From assembly GCF_000315625.1 (NCBI RefSeq), contig NW_005434633.1, forward strand, positions 1 to 64,000: DNA of 64,000 bases. The letters are read 5' to 3'. The notes under the pieces were generated by a model. The model did no database searches and was not told the DNA's origin. It saw only the letters and a program-made list of their open reading frames with translations. Positions 11,701 through 23,525 of this stretch are shown piece after piece. Numbering within the stretch: position 1 is the stretch's first letter; each line of letters opens with the position of its first letter. Source of the stretch: Guillardia theta CCMP2712 (taxonomy: Eukaryota > Protista > Cryptophyta). The position numbers and the translations under genes were made by a program.

Positions 11701-14048
11701 TCGTTCCAGGCTCGTCCCAACCCTCGTCGTTAAACTGTACAGCAAATCTTTCAGCTGCTTCGCCTCCCTCCTCCTTGCGCTCTTGGTGACTATCGATGAT
11801 TCCGCCGAGGTCGTAAGATTCCAGTTCAGGCTCCTCTTTCTTCGCTCCGGCCTCCTCCTCCTTCTCTTTCCTGGGTGAGTTAAAAAGCTCCAACATCTCC
11901 AAGACACTCTTCCCTTCAAGATCGGGAGGGAGTGCTGGCTCATCGTCATCCTGTTGGAGACTGTCGACGACCAAAGGCTGCCTCCCTCCCAAATCATCCT
12001 CTTCCATCTGGTCGAAGACTGGAGACGAAGTCTGCTTCTCCTCTCCGTGCACCACTCTATCCTGTCTCACTCCCTCCTCCTCCACTTCCTCCTCCTCTTT
12101 CTTCATCTCGACCTCGGGCTCCCGTTCATCATGCTCCCGCTCGATGGTCTCTGCAACGGGCTCGACGTCCTGCCTGTCGTGTCCCTTTGCATCAGGAAAG
12201 GCTCCCACATTCTCGCGACTCTCAGCAGCAGCCTCCTCATCATCACCAGCTCCTGTAGAGTTGCTCCTTACCCGCCGGAGGATGACTCCGAAGGGACTCT
12301 TCAGACGTTCCTCCAGCGCTGAGGAGGAAGATCAGGACGGACCAAAGGAGAGCAGAGACAAGGACTGAGGCAGGAAGGACAAACAAGCAGGAGAATCATA
12401 ACAAACACATGGAGACATGATCAGCAGCAAGAAATCACCTTTAGCCTCCTCAGCACTCTCGCTCCTGACAGGCGACAGCTGGTCCTCTGGTGGGCTCCTC
12501 TCCATCTTCGCCTCGTCAACCGCCATCGGAGATCTCTTCTCCATGCTAAAATTCTGCGAGTCGTCGGCCGACGAAGTCCTGTATGTCTCCTGTCTCATCT
12601 TCTCCTCTCTCTGCACGTGGGCTTGCAGAGCTGCCTTAGGAGCTGAGAAGTGCGGCCCTTGCGCTCGCGGCTGGACAGGCTGGGGAACCACCCCCTTCTG
12701 CTCCATCGCTCGGAACATGGCCATCCTGTCAGAGATACTGACCTGCTCCTCCCTCTTGGACTTCAAGACAGGCACAGGCTCAGCCTCCTCCTGCTCGTCC
12801 AAGTGGACCTCTTCAGCTGCTTCCGGCAACGGGCGGAGGCTGTGGAGGACGTTGGAGGAGGTGCCATCGAGAGAGAAGGCAGGGCACTTGCAAGCTTCCG
12901 ATGCCCTGCGGGTGCTCATGGCTCTGTGCAACCTGCTCATGGACTCTGAGACTTGTTGGATCAAGGAGTCAGCGAGGTCAGAGGGGAAGGGGCCGAACCC
13001 TTCCCTCTCGTGCGGCAGGATGTTCATCTGAGCCACGATGCTGAACTTCTTGTCAACACTCGACCTCCCCCGCTGCAGCTTCACGATCTGAATGCGAGTG
13101 AGAGGGACGCGGAGCGCAAACGCCACGTCCTCCTTGATCAGCTTCTCCATCTGCTGCCTCTTCGCAGGGCTCGAGAGCAAGCTGTCATGGTTCTCCTCCA
13201 GGGTCAGCAAGACCCCAACAGTCTCTGACTGGCTGCTGGGCAACAACACCGTTTGCTTCTCCGGCTGACTCGCAGGCTCTTTGACGTCAACCTTGAGGTC
13301 GTCCAGAGAGAGCTCATCGTGGCGATCGTGCTTGTGAGGGTGAAGAGATTCCTCGCTCTTGCTTGCCTGAACTGCATGTCAGCAAAGGAGGAAGACTGAA
13401 GGGGAGGGAAGAAGCGAACAGGGGCCAGGGAGGGACTTACACTCATCACTTTGGTGAACATCTCCGTCAGCTCCTTGACGTGAGACTCTGACTGGAGGTG
13501 CTCGAGCTCGGGGTCAACTTGAGACGAGCTGAGCTTTTGATCGAAGAATGCGGAGTCTTCGGCGTCATCCCCATTCTCCGACGGGTAAGTCCTCGCCGTC
13601 GCAGTGATCTCCATGTCCTCCACGCTCTGCTCTAGAACGCTGCAACAGAATGAGCAAGACAGCACATCATCTTCACAGCCTACCTGGGGTCCGCGGTGGG
13701 CTCCGTAGGTCTGTCGTCTCCTCCCTGTGGCTCGAGGGGCTCCTGGAGCTGTAGCGAGCTGGGAATGACCTCGTTGTGGGTATCAAGGGCAGAGTTCAAG
13801 GGGGAAGCCGAGGAAGGGATGGTGAGCTTGGGAACGGCTGAAGCTCCCCGGGGAGCAGCAAGGTGAGTTGTCACATGATCGTTCTGGCCGATTGGAGATG
13901 GCGAGCGGTGGCGCTCGACGAGTCCCAACGGGTCATGTGTCTTGCTGTGACCGTTCTGAAACGTGGTGACGAAAGGATCGACCGATGCGAAGATCGGAGA
14001 CTGAGAGTTCGCCCTCCTCTGTGAGTCGTCGTGCCTCCTAACTTCCGT
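4292..14048 (-). CDS. Giant multidomain protein: low-complexity N-terminus, 2 SEA-like repeats, degenerate ABCC/MRP-type transporter (TMD1-NBD1-TMD2-NBD2), RhoGAP-like domain, Pro-rich linker, ankyrin repeats, PH domain; 5' end probably further upstream
   Basis: 2450-aa ORF 4856-12208 plus spliced exons (introns 4400-4512, 4618-4823, 5621-5803, about 12319-12438, 14049-14094). ABCC motifs GTTKSGKSS, ALARAVYKDADVYIFDE, LARVLLRRPQVLVLEEAT. RhoGAP-like LARLLRGLPRPLI...LFITHYDQI. Ankyrin GADLDERNQDNFTVLMISC...GRSDIVRCLLDAGA. PH EGTLHLLDTKKKEW...RTYRVSADTLNEVRAWF. One-base frameshift at 5213-5215. Confidence 0.85.
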
Positions 14049-14094
14049 CTGAAGCGGATGACGTCAGCAGCAAGACAGCAAACATGTTCCTTAC

Positions 14095-15963
14095 CCCTTG
14101 CCGCTCTCTCTCTTTCGCCGACAACAAGATGTCAGGTTCCAACAAAGTGACCTGGAACGGTGAGTCAGAGAGAAAGCAATGCAAAAACAATCTCAAGTGT
14201 TACTTTGCTCGGTTTCTGGCCATGGATGGTGTCACTGTACAACAGAGGACCAAGTTAGCAGGCCTTCAAGAGGAGATTATCTCATCACATGGTGGGGGCA
14301 ACGTGGCTCGGCTCTGTCGGGATTGATTCCGCATTGAGGCGAGATTTTAGTGTAGATGGGGCGTTTCTGTTCGGCGCCAAACTTGATTCTCTAAGGGGCG
14401 ACGACGACATTAAAGAAAGATCATGCTTGATTTCCTGCAAGATCGTCATATGGCGCAGTCATGCCTAAGAGGCAATCTTCGAGACCTGTACAATTTGATA
14501 CAGGCTACTCAACTCTGCAATTCCAGCGTCCTTCGACTGACAGGAAATCGTTTCAGTCGCGCACCATCACGACTTCCTCCTTTCTCACATCTCCGGTAAG
14601 GTAACTGGAGGTCGACAAGGAGGATGTGTCGTTCCTCCTCGATGCCACGTCATTGCTACTGGAAGCAAACTGGTGAGACCTGCAATATAGGAGCAACTGC
14701 CGTCAGATTCTTCATAACGTGCAACCCGTTGCGCTCCAAACAATCGTTGCTGGGCACTCCATTTACCTGTTCAATCTTATCGACGACTCTCGAAGATCGT
14801 CAAGCAGATTTCCTTGTAAGATACTGGAAGAGACATCTCAGTCAGCCAGACACTGAAAACTCCTCAGAAAGCAGCTACTTAGAGTCCTTTGCACCAAACG
14901 GATTGGAACGGCTAGTGCTTAACCCATTCGTTTCTTTCCGTGCTGTCGCGCTCTGGGAGAAGGAACAAGAGGCATCACAACGAGCATCATGAAATCAAAG
15001 ACACACAAAGATTTCAGGGGGCCTTCTGATATTCACGGGCTCTACGATTCCCCTGTCAACTCGTCTCAGTCATTCAAATGCCTCAAGTGCCACAGACCTG
15101 TTAGAGTATTCTTTCGGTCTGTAACTTGACCCTGAAGTTTGCCGCTGAGCTGGTCCAGCGTCATGGATAGAAGTAGGTGGAGAATGCTTGGGTGGAGAAT
15201 CAAACTTGTCGAGCGCCTACGGGCTGATAAGAAGAAGGACGAGACAAGACTGGCAACATTTGACCTTCAGACGCTCTTCCAGTAATGAAAGGCGGGATTG
15301 GAGATCATCCACAGAGTGTTCGTACATGGCGGTGTATAGCTGAGCGCGCTCTCTGCTACTATCGGGAAAGCTCCAATGTCCTCATCAGCGTCTCTCGTAC
15401 AACTCAAAGTCGACTCTCCTTGGATCAGAATCGCCCAGGATTTCCCTTCTGCTTCATCTCCGCTTCACCTTGTGGGAGCTATGGCCCCTAGAAGGGCATG
15501 CCCAAGGACTGTCCCCTTGCTATCGAAGCAAGAGTTCGAATGTGCTGTTTTCTCAACCAGAGAATCTTGTTTCATACAGCATCCCCCCTGGCAACGTAGC
15601 TCAGTCAGCATGACAACCTGTGTGGACAAGGGGTTATATCCCCTGCGTTCAAAGCTTATGCTCTTTGATCAACATCATGCATGAAGCTACAACGTATGTA
15701 GCTGGTCAGGACATGTCCATCAGGCTCGCGGCCTCAAAGGGACAGTCACGCCAGTCTGATCGGCAATTGCATCAACCCCAGCGAGTAAACCGCTACCTTG
15801 TAACACTATCCACGATCTTCTCCAAGTCTGCATTTGCTTCTTTTATCTCCGTACCTCTTGCTATGGCTCTTAACTGTTTCTCCCTCACTCTCTCAACAAC
15901 CGATCTCCTAACTGTCCCTGATGTTTTACCATCCTCGCCTGCCTGCTCAGCCCGCATGAACAT
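14095..15963 (-). CDS. Series of short exons starting MFMRAEQAGEDG...; 5' extension of the ABCC fusion gene or a separate hypothetical gene
   Basis: Open, coiled-coil-like exon 15963-15797 (RVREKQLRAIARGTEIKEANADLEKIVDSVT) followed by a GT donor. Repeated CTGAC...AG intron signatures on the minus strand. Full splice path not resolved. Confidence 0.4.
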
Positions 15964-16129
15964 CTACTTGTCCTCCCATTCCATCACTTTGTGTCGGTTC
16001 AAGCATGCAAGTCAGACTATCTCCCCATGTCTTGCCGCTCCTTCCAGCACTTTCCCATCCTCCTCTCCCATCACGCGCTTCCCATTCCTCCTTCTTCGCC
16101 GCCCCCAGCATGTCGAGAAGAGCCCATCA

Positions 16130-16760
16130 TCCAGCAGTCTTACAACGACCACCCCTATACCTATTACTACCCTCCCCTGGATGGACTATCCATAGCTGAA
16201 GATACCCACCTTTTTGAAGGATTAAATACCCCTCCATCAATACCCCTACCCCTTATTCCAATTCATACTACCCCCTTGGAAGACCTTCGATCATTGCCCA
16301 CCCCCTTTTTTGTTCGGGGCCTTCGAATGTAAAACTCAAATTTACATGTTTAAAAGGTTTTTAGTTCTACGGTGTTTCCGTTCAGAACATAAAATAATTA
16401 TATTACTTTTAAAAGTCTACGGTGATAATTATCCATATAACATATTTTATATTGAAAGGTATAGAAATATTAAAACTGAATAATAATAAAGTACAAATTC
16501 ATATAACCATGTTAATCACATTCTGTAACGGACATGGGATCGCGTCCCACTAAAATAACCGTGCACGGAGGCTCACCGTCACAGTGTCCCGAAGTTCCGC
16601 CGCCGGGCCCGGCGGGCTGCCGGGGTAGCCCGGCCGCCGACCTGTCACTCACTGCTGAGTCACGCGGCGACCGGGTTCGCTGTTAGTGAGTCACGGTGGC
16701 CTGCGATCTTTCCGCCGGGACTCCAAGGACACTACTATTGCGAGTCAGTGAGTGACACAC
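16130..16760. promoter_or_regulatory. Divergent intergenic region: TACCC-rich block, AT-rich core, GC-rich CCGG/TGAGTCA block
   Basis: Composition shifts are visible: ATACCC/CCCCTACCCC motifs 16150-16300, AT-rich 16330-16530, palindrome CCGCCGGGCCCGGCGG and repeated TGAGTCAC 16600-16750. Confidence 0.45.
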
Positions 16761-16799
16761 TTACTGTTTACACTCTCCCCTCTGATCAGAACATTGCAG

Positions 16800-17620
16800 G
16801 CTTGAACTGAACACATACGAAGAGTTTCAGTTCTACGACATCTCAGCAAGAACTTGACGAATCTGCTCGATGGCTCAGCTCCAAGCAGTGGTTTCCAGTG
16901 CTTGATCACCAGCAGTGGAGATAGCCTTCCCGCGTTGGCTGCATATGGTGAGGCTTCATTCACCTTTACATTCGTGAGCAGATGTTGAACTTTACATGTA
17001 GATCTATCCTCTGCTGGTGTCAATCAGTCGGAATCTTGGGCTTGAACCTGTCCTCAATGATCTGGACAAACTACCCGAGAAGCTTCAAGGTTTCAAGCCT
17101 CCCAATGCTATTTACAGTTCGACGTTTGTCAGACGGCATGATGTTCGATGCGCTTATCGCCAACTTCGGTAGTCTTCTGTGTAGGTTTGACTTGAATCCC
17201 CTGCCCCGCATTCATATGTCATATGGCAGATGGTATCAATCTCAGGCTCAAGACTGTCAACGAGCTTCGAATCGACACGACAACATACGAGCTTGACGTT
17301 GTGCATTTCGCACTTGTGACCGTCAACATCTACATCGTTGTCTTCCCCCCGGTTCAAACAAGTAATGATGTCTTCAGCATCGCCTTCTTGCAATCTGCAG
17401 TTCGAATGAAGCAACTTGTCGGTAGGAAGCTGATACCCTCCATCCACGATTCTTTGTGGGGTTTCTTGAATCAGACTGAAGATCGAGAGAGTTCAAAAGC
17501 ATCAACGATGTGAGATTGCTTCAACTGGCCCCTATGGAAGTTTCACAGCATTCACGGCGATCCTGAAAGAATTTGGTGATTTTCCAGACGATGAAAGGTT
17601 TCTTCTCACATTGACAGCGG
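16800..17620 (+). CDS. Hypothetical multi-exon protein (boundaries approximate)
   Basis: Exon 17230-17421 (DGINLRLKTVNELRIDTTTYELDVVHFALVTVNIYIVVFPP...) has C-ending codons, an AG acceptor and a GTAGG donor. No recognised domain. Confidence 0.35.
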
Positions 17621-17669
17621 CATCCTTTCAACAACACAATCCTCACTCTGAGCAAGACCGGTTCAAACG

Positions 17670-18863
17670 TCAGAAACCAGCCAACCTCTGCATCTTGCGA
17701 TGGGTGACTCGCTGATTGCGGTTTATGCATGCGACGTTGCTCCAGTCTTTCTCCCTGTAGTAGCTGTCGTGCCAGCAACCCGTCAGCCTGCTCAATCCCC
17801 CGGTGTTGAGCGCCCAGAAGCAATCGTAGTTCATCTGATCCAACAAGTCGATCAGGTCCTGCAGGTCTGACCGTCTCCATCGCCCGACATAGTGGTACTC
17901 AAACTCCATGTACCTCACCATCTGCGCTCCCAATGCTCTGATGCCCCCAAGTACCGCTCGCATGTCGTTGCCTTCCGTATCGATGGACAGGAACTCGATG
18001 CTAGAGATGTTTTGTTGGCGGACAAGAGAGTCAAGGGTAGTCACATTCATAGCAACAGTCGGCACATCTACGGGATGTACCTCAAGCCCCAAAGTTTCTT
18101 CACCAACTTGCCCATGCGGAAAACGCTCGGTCCCAATTGAGGACGAGACGGCGACATTCACAAGGTTGACTTCACCGAGGAAACCTAACTTCCCCATGCA
18201 TGTCTGTAGCAGCCTGAAGTTGTTCGGCATCGGCTCAACGCATACCCCACGAACGCTCCTCTCAGCCATGCCTGCCTGCAGGAACCGACGTTGTCGTGCC
18301 TGTCCGCACTTCCTACGAACGTAAGTTGGAAACTCTTCCTGCTCGCACGTCCTGTACTTTGGCACCCAGAACTTGTCATTTCTCGACCAGGAATGCATCC
18401 AGTAGATCAAGTCCTCGCCCTTATTGCACCCAATGGACAGCAAGGTCGCCGATGGCAGATGGGCTGTTTCTTCCAACAGCGCATCGATCCATCGTTCATT
18501 GAGCGGGCAGAAGGAGTTCAGATGAGGCTTGGTCTTGGTGATCGCTCGGATCCTTTCCTCCGAACATCTTTCTCCAGGAATGCTGCCCTCGCCTCTCGGA
18601 TGCTCCTTGGAGAGCAAGGAGCTGTTGTGAATCGGAACGCAGCGTGCGGAAGAGGGAGAGTCTTGCCGCCAGCAACACCAGCAACACCAGGAGGAGGAGA
18701 GAGTCAAGAGCAGGAGGAGGGAATTCTTGCTACACAGACGAGCATGCAGCAGACTCTTCGCTCTCCTCAGCTCTGCCCATCGTCTGCTCGACCCCAACTC
18801 ACCCCTGTCCAGCTGCTGGCCTGCCATGCCCCGACCTAAAGAGACCCATTTATTAGTCAACAA
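17670..18863 (-). CDS. FkbM-family (Methyltransf_21) SAM-dependent methyltransferase with N-terminal membrane anchor
   Basis: LLSIGCNKG (motif I), CVEPMPNN, VNVAVSS, VTTLDSL, FLSIDTEGNDMRAVLG, MEFEYH. Intronless 397-aa ORF; hydrophobic LLLLLTL segment near the N-terminus. Confidence 0.88.
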   Translation of the reverse strand: MLTNKWVSLGRGMAGQQLDRGELGSSRRWAELRRAKSLLHARLCSKNSLLLLLTLSSSWCCWCCWRQDSPSSARCVPIHNSSLLSKEHPRGEGSIPGERCSEERIRAITKTKPHLNSFCPLNERWIDALLEETAHLPSATLLSIGCNKGEDLIYWMHSWSRNDKFWVPKYRTCEQEEFPTYVRRKCGQARQRRFLQAGMAERSVRGVCVEPMPNNFRLLQTCMGKLGFLGEVNLVNVAVSSSIGTERFPHGQVGEETLGLEVHPVDVPTVAMNVTTLDSLVRQQNISSIEFLSIDTEGNDMRAVLGGIRALGAQMVRYMEFEYHYVGRWRRSDLQDLIDLLDQMNYDCFWALNTGGLSRLTGCWHDSYYREKDWSNVACINRNQRVTHRKMQRLAGF

Positions 18864-18989
18864 TGCACATAGATCTTATAATCAGGCTAGCCTCGGATAA
18901 TAATTAAGAAATTTTGGAAAGGCAGAAGTATCATGTGGGTCTTATATTAGGATGTGTCCTTCGAATGAAATCTCACGACTAAGTCTGCC

Positions 18990-19437
18990 ATGGTAAAACA
19001 TCCCCTTCAATTCTTACTTCTTCCCCCCCCCCATCGGCAACTCCAGCTCGAGTCAGCTCAACAGCACGTCAAACTCGTCTCTTCCTTGTAACGAGACGCT
19101 GGAGAATTGCAGCTCCCCAACTGCGAGGAGGCTCCTGCAGTCAACCGTCATGGACTTGGTCAACTACACCAAGGAGCGGCTGGTAACGACCTGCTTCCGC
19201 TCCCTCCTTGTCCGCTCACGGCCTCCTCGCTTCAACCTGCCCTGTGGGACCATCCCTCCGCTCTCCGTTGTCCACGAGCTCGTGCCTCCCATCTGTCGCT
19301 CCTCCTCCTTTTCTGCCTCCTTCCTGGGTGATCAGAACGCCATCGCCACCAGCCCCCCAGCTATCGACAAGGACGGCAAGCTGTCCTTTAATGTGAAGTC
19401 CAGCTGGGGAGGGGAGCAGACGCTTGCGATCAGTTCA
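18990..19437 (+). other. Partial coding fragment truncated by an assembly gap; possible Ig/cadherin-like repeat
   Basis: Open frame ending PPAIDKDGKLSFNVKSSWGGEQTLAIS at the 100-N gap (19438-19537). Confidence 0.25.
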
Positions 19438-19707
19438 NNNNNNNNNNNNNNNNNNNNNNNNNNNNNNNNNNNNNNNNNNNNNNNNNNNNNNNNNNNNNNN
19501 NNNNNNNNNNNNNNNNNNNNNNNNNNNNNNNNNNNNNCCTCCCTACTACTTCTTACCTTTCCCCCTCCCCCCCCCCCTACCCCCCCCCCCCTCCCTCCCT
19601 CTTCATCAGACTCTCTCGCTCTCTGACCCATCATCCTCTCCTCCTGCTTCTCCTCGTCCTCTGCCTTCCCCCTTCCCACCCTTGACCTTGCATTCTTGAC
19701 AAATTGC

Positions 19708-22116
19708 ATGAAACAGAAATGGGTTTACTCTCCATTACGACTGTTGCGGGGTTGCCGCCTTCTATCTGTATCCGCAGCTCATCAGGCCCACCGAGAAATG
19801 CCTGGCCATGTCGTCAAGAGTCTTGAGGGGCTTCTGGGGTCGGACAGGTTGTCATTCGGAGCAGCCATAAGGGAGCAGCATGGGAGAGACGAGAGTTATC
19901 ATGCGGATGCTGATGGGATTTTCCCTCCTCAGGTCGTCATACTCCCGCGCAGCACCGCCGAAGTCTCAGAGATCGTGAAGATATGCAGCCATGCCAGGAT
20001 CCCCATCATTCCTTCCGGCGCCTGCACCTCGCTGGAGGGGCACATAGCCGCGCTCAGAGGAGGTGTCGCACTGAACATGCGGGAGATGAACAAGATCCTT
20101 GAGGTCAATCAGGAGGACATGGACGTCAGGGTCCAGGCAGGAGTCACACGAATACACCTGAACGAGTACCTCCGCGACACGGGTGCTTGTCCTACTAGCC
20201 GCATGCTGTCAGGTCTGACTGACGTCCCTCCCGTAGGGTTGTTCTTTCCTATCGATCCTGGTGCGGACGCATCGATCGGCGGCATGCTGAGCACACGAGC
20301 CTCAGGTCTCGATGAAGCTTAGTGGAAGCGAGTTGACGTCAGGTTCTGTGCAGGTACCAATGCAGTGCGGTACGGAACCATGCGGGACAACGCCCTGAGC
20401 CTGGAGGCAGTGATGGCTGACGGCAGCATCATTTCGACGGGTAAACATGGCGTTGCCGCACCTGCCTTCGTCTTGACATGTAGCGATAAGGGAGCAGGGC
20501 AAGGAAGAGCTCGACGGGCTACGATCTCACGAGGCTCTTGATAGGTTTCTTTGTTCCCTTGAATTCCATGTGATCACGCTGATTGCATCAAAACCTGGTC
20601 CGCTCCTGCTGCTGCTGGGCCTCCTCCACATCGACAGGATCTGAGGGAACTTTGGGCATCATAACAGAAGCTACCATCAAGCTCCACGGGCAGGTTCACG
20701 TCATGCAACAGACTCGCGATATCCCTTGATGTGTGGCTGCTCGCAGCCGGAAGCAATCTCAGCTGCCGTCTGCGAGTTCAACAAGCTTGAAGGAATTCAA
20801 CATTGACATAGCACCTTCAATCTGAGTTTCTTACAGATTCTGTCAATGCTACCATATGCATCATCCAGGTTTGAACTCAGTGCGAGGCGTCTCGTCCCCC
20901 TGTTCTCATATCAGAGTGCAGAGTGGAATACCCGTAGCGAGAATTGAACTGCTGGACGAGAAGACCTGTGCTGCTGTCAAGGCGCAAAGGTAAGCTCTTC
21001 CTCCTCCTCGTCTCGTCTCTTTCTCATCTGCAGCTGGCATCAGTAAACTAGAACTTGAAGCGAAACCGACATTGTTCTTCGAGTTTCATGGTGAATCATG
21101 GAACTTCCTGCAAGCCAGTCCTCACCAGCTTGTCAATGACAGGCTCCAAGAGTTCAGTGGAGGAGCAGGCAGTACGGGTCTGATTTGACTGTGTGTCTGC
21201 ATCTGCCAAGTGATTCATTGATTTGCAGGCAGGGGAAATCTGCAAGGACTTCGGGGGCAGTCGCTTCAAGTGGGCAGGATCGGCAGAGGAGCGAACAACA
21301 CTGTGCGACTTTCCTCTTGCTGCTAACACTACCTCATGTGCGAGCAGGTGGAAGGCAAGACACCAGGCCTACTACTCCATCATCGCCCAGAGGCCAGGAT
21401 GCAAAGTGAGAGGGAGGACGCTGCTGTCGGAGAGTCTGACGACTGTGACAGGGGATGCCCACTGACGCTTGCGTGCCCATCTCAAGACTGGCCGAATGCA
21501 TCGAGGAGACCGAGGGTGACATGGTTGCCTGTGGACTGGTGCTGTTTTTCCTCCATGCACATCATGACCCTTGACTGTTTGTTACTCACTTGACCAGGCT
21601 GGTTCCATCCTTGGGCACGTCGGGTACGATCTCAAGTAGCATAGGGAGTGAGGTCCGAGCTGAGGGCTGAGCAGGGACGGAAACTTCCACTGCATCCTCG
21701 TCCTCGATCCCAACAACCAGGACGAGATTCATGTGACTTGCTCAGCATCTTTTCCTGCCCCTCTTGGATGTCTGACGGACCGATGGAGCAGGCTGCTCAT
21801 CAGTTTGCTGAACGGCTAGCGCGCCGAGCGATCAGGATGGGCGGCACCTGCAGGAACGTTGCTGCCCTTTTCGAGTCCAGCCCATTTGGCTGAGTGTGTT
21901 GCTGTACAGTGGAGAGCATGGAGTTGGCTACGGGAAGCTGAAATTCATGGAGGAGGAATACGGGCCTGCTGCCATCGAAGTCATGCGGAGTATCAAGGTA
22001 AAGCCAACATTAGAACAGTCTCTCGTTCAAGTGGTTCTCACTGAAGATCTTGTTCGTTTCAACAGAAGGCGCTTGACCCGCTGGGGATCTTGAATCCTGG
22101 CAAGATGGGTTCGTAA
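19708..22116 (+). CDS. LDHD: FAD-linked D-lactate dehydrogenase (cytochrome), probably mitochondrial; many small exons
   Basis: [102 protein letters not shown]. Arg/Leu/Ser-rich N-terminal presequence. Confidence 0.93.
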
Positions 22117-23525
22117 TGAACCGTCTTCGATTGCCGGGCAGCTCGGCCGGCTGCTGACGGATCGCATCACTGAGTCACGGCCAGCCGTGCCAGTCAGATA
22201 GCGCCAAGTTAACAAAACTATCCTGTAAACCAAGACGACCCTTACGTGTTTCAAGTTCGAGGCGGCAATGTAGTACGTGTGATGAAGAGGAGGCCTTCCT
22301 AGCCGTCTTGCTAAGGTCCTCTCATGTCTGGATGCTTGGGTTTCAAATCCTAGCATCCAGTGTACTCCTCAATTCTGGTTTCGTGAGCTGCTCATCACTA
22401 CAGTACTCTAGGTATAAGGCATAGTATACCGGGCCGGGCCTGCCCGCCGAGGCCGCCGGCGGCACTGAAGCATGCAATGTAACTAGTAAGTAAACTTTGT
22501 ACCGGGATCATGGGCCTGTAAGCCACTTTCCGGGGGAGTGACCTCTTGACCTGATGGCGGTTATAACGGGTACGTACCAGTGAGTTTTTTGAGTGAGCCC
22601 ATATAGTGAAAAAGATTATTGTATGTTTCAAATATTGGAGAAATATTTGAGGTGAAATATCTGAAATCTGCCTAATGTTTTAAAAATTGTGCTACATATC
22701 CAGCGTCAACTTGCAGGACCCCTGTATCCCCTTTCGCTCGAGAACCCCATCAATTGATCTCAGAAAGTACCCTTCTCTCCCTATGATACAACCACCCCAC
22801 CCCGTACCTCACTTCAAGACGTAGAAAGGCTACGAATTGCAGTCTGTGAAACACGAAGAGACACTTTTTCGCGATGTTTTACTATTTCCTAATACTGGCT
22901 TTTATTGCCTTCTTGTCAACGGGTCATGCGCGACATGGGAGCGATCCGCTACCCGTTTTCTTCTCCACTGCTCTCTCACTTTCCCTTCATCTTATCCCCT
23001 CTCATCTCCTCTCCCCCTCCTGCACTCCTCTCCTTCTCTCTGAGCTTGAGCTTGCTTCATCATGATCTATGTGTCCCATTCTTCTCCTTTGGTGTTTGGG
23101 GTACCTCTCCCTTGCTTCCCTTGGTGCCTTGTCTTTCCTTTGTTCCTCGTTTTTTCATGTGAAATAGTCCAGCTTAGCCTCAGTGTCTTTTGACTTCAAG
23201 AAACTTTGTGTATAGCAACAAGGACTGTCTTGGAATTGCTCTGCTGCTCGATTCGTACAGTGATGTTTTGCATTCATAGTCTTCTACGTCCATTCCTCGT
23301 GACACAATCCCAGTATGCCATATGTTTCAACGACCTTCTATGAGATGCTCACTAAAGTTCATCGCGACGACCCTTCACATTCTTTTGATTTTGTGGTCTT
23401 CCTTGTATATGTATCCCTCATCTGAACATCTAAGAATTTATCCTTGCACGCTTTGCTCATGCTGAACTTTTTTTCACAGCCCTTAGTTCAATTGTCACGG
23501 TCAATAGGTTGGTGAGTCAGAGCTC

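Noticed and set aside
5246-13031. Long plus-strand ORFs (e.g. 5246-6730, 8795-9748, 12417-13031)
   Set aside because: Antisense shadows of the GC3-rich ABCC fusion gene.
16560-16760. GC-rich palindromic stretch as a tRNA or structured ncRNA
   Set aside because: No cloverleaf or A/B boxes seen; similar word-rich blocks recur in other intergenic regions.
17154-17447. Minus-strand 97-aa ORF
   Set aside because: Codon pattern and splice signals favour the plus strand.
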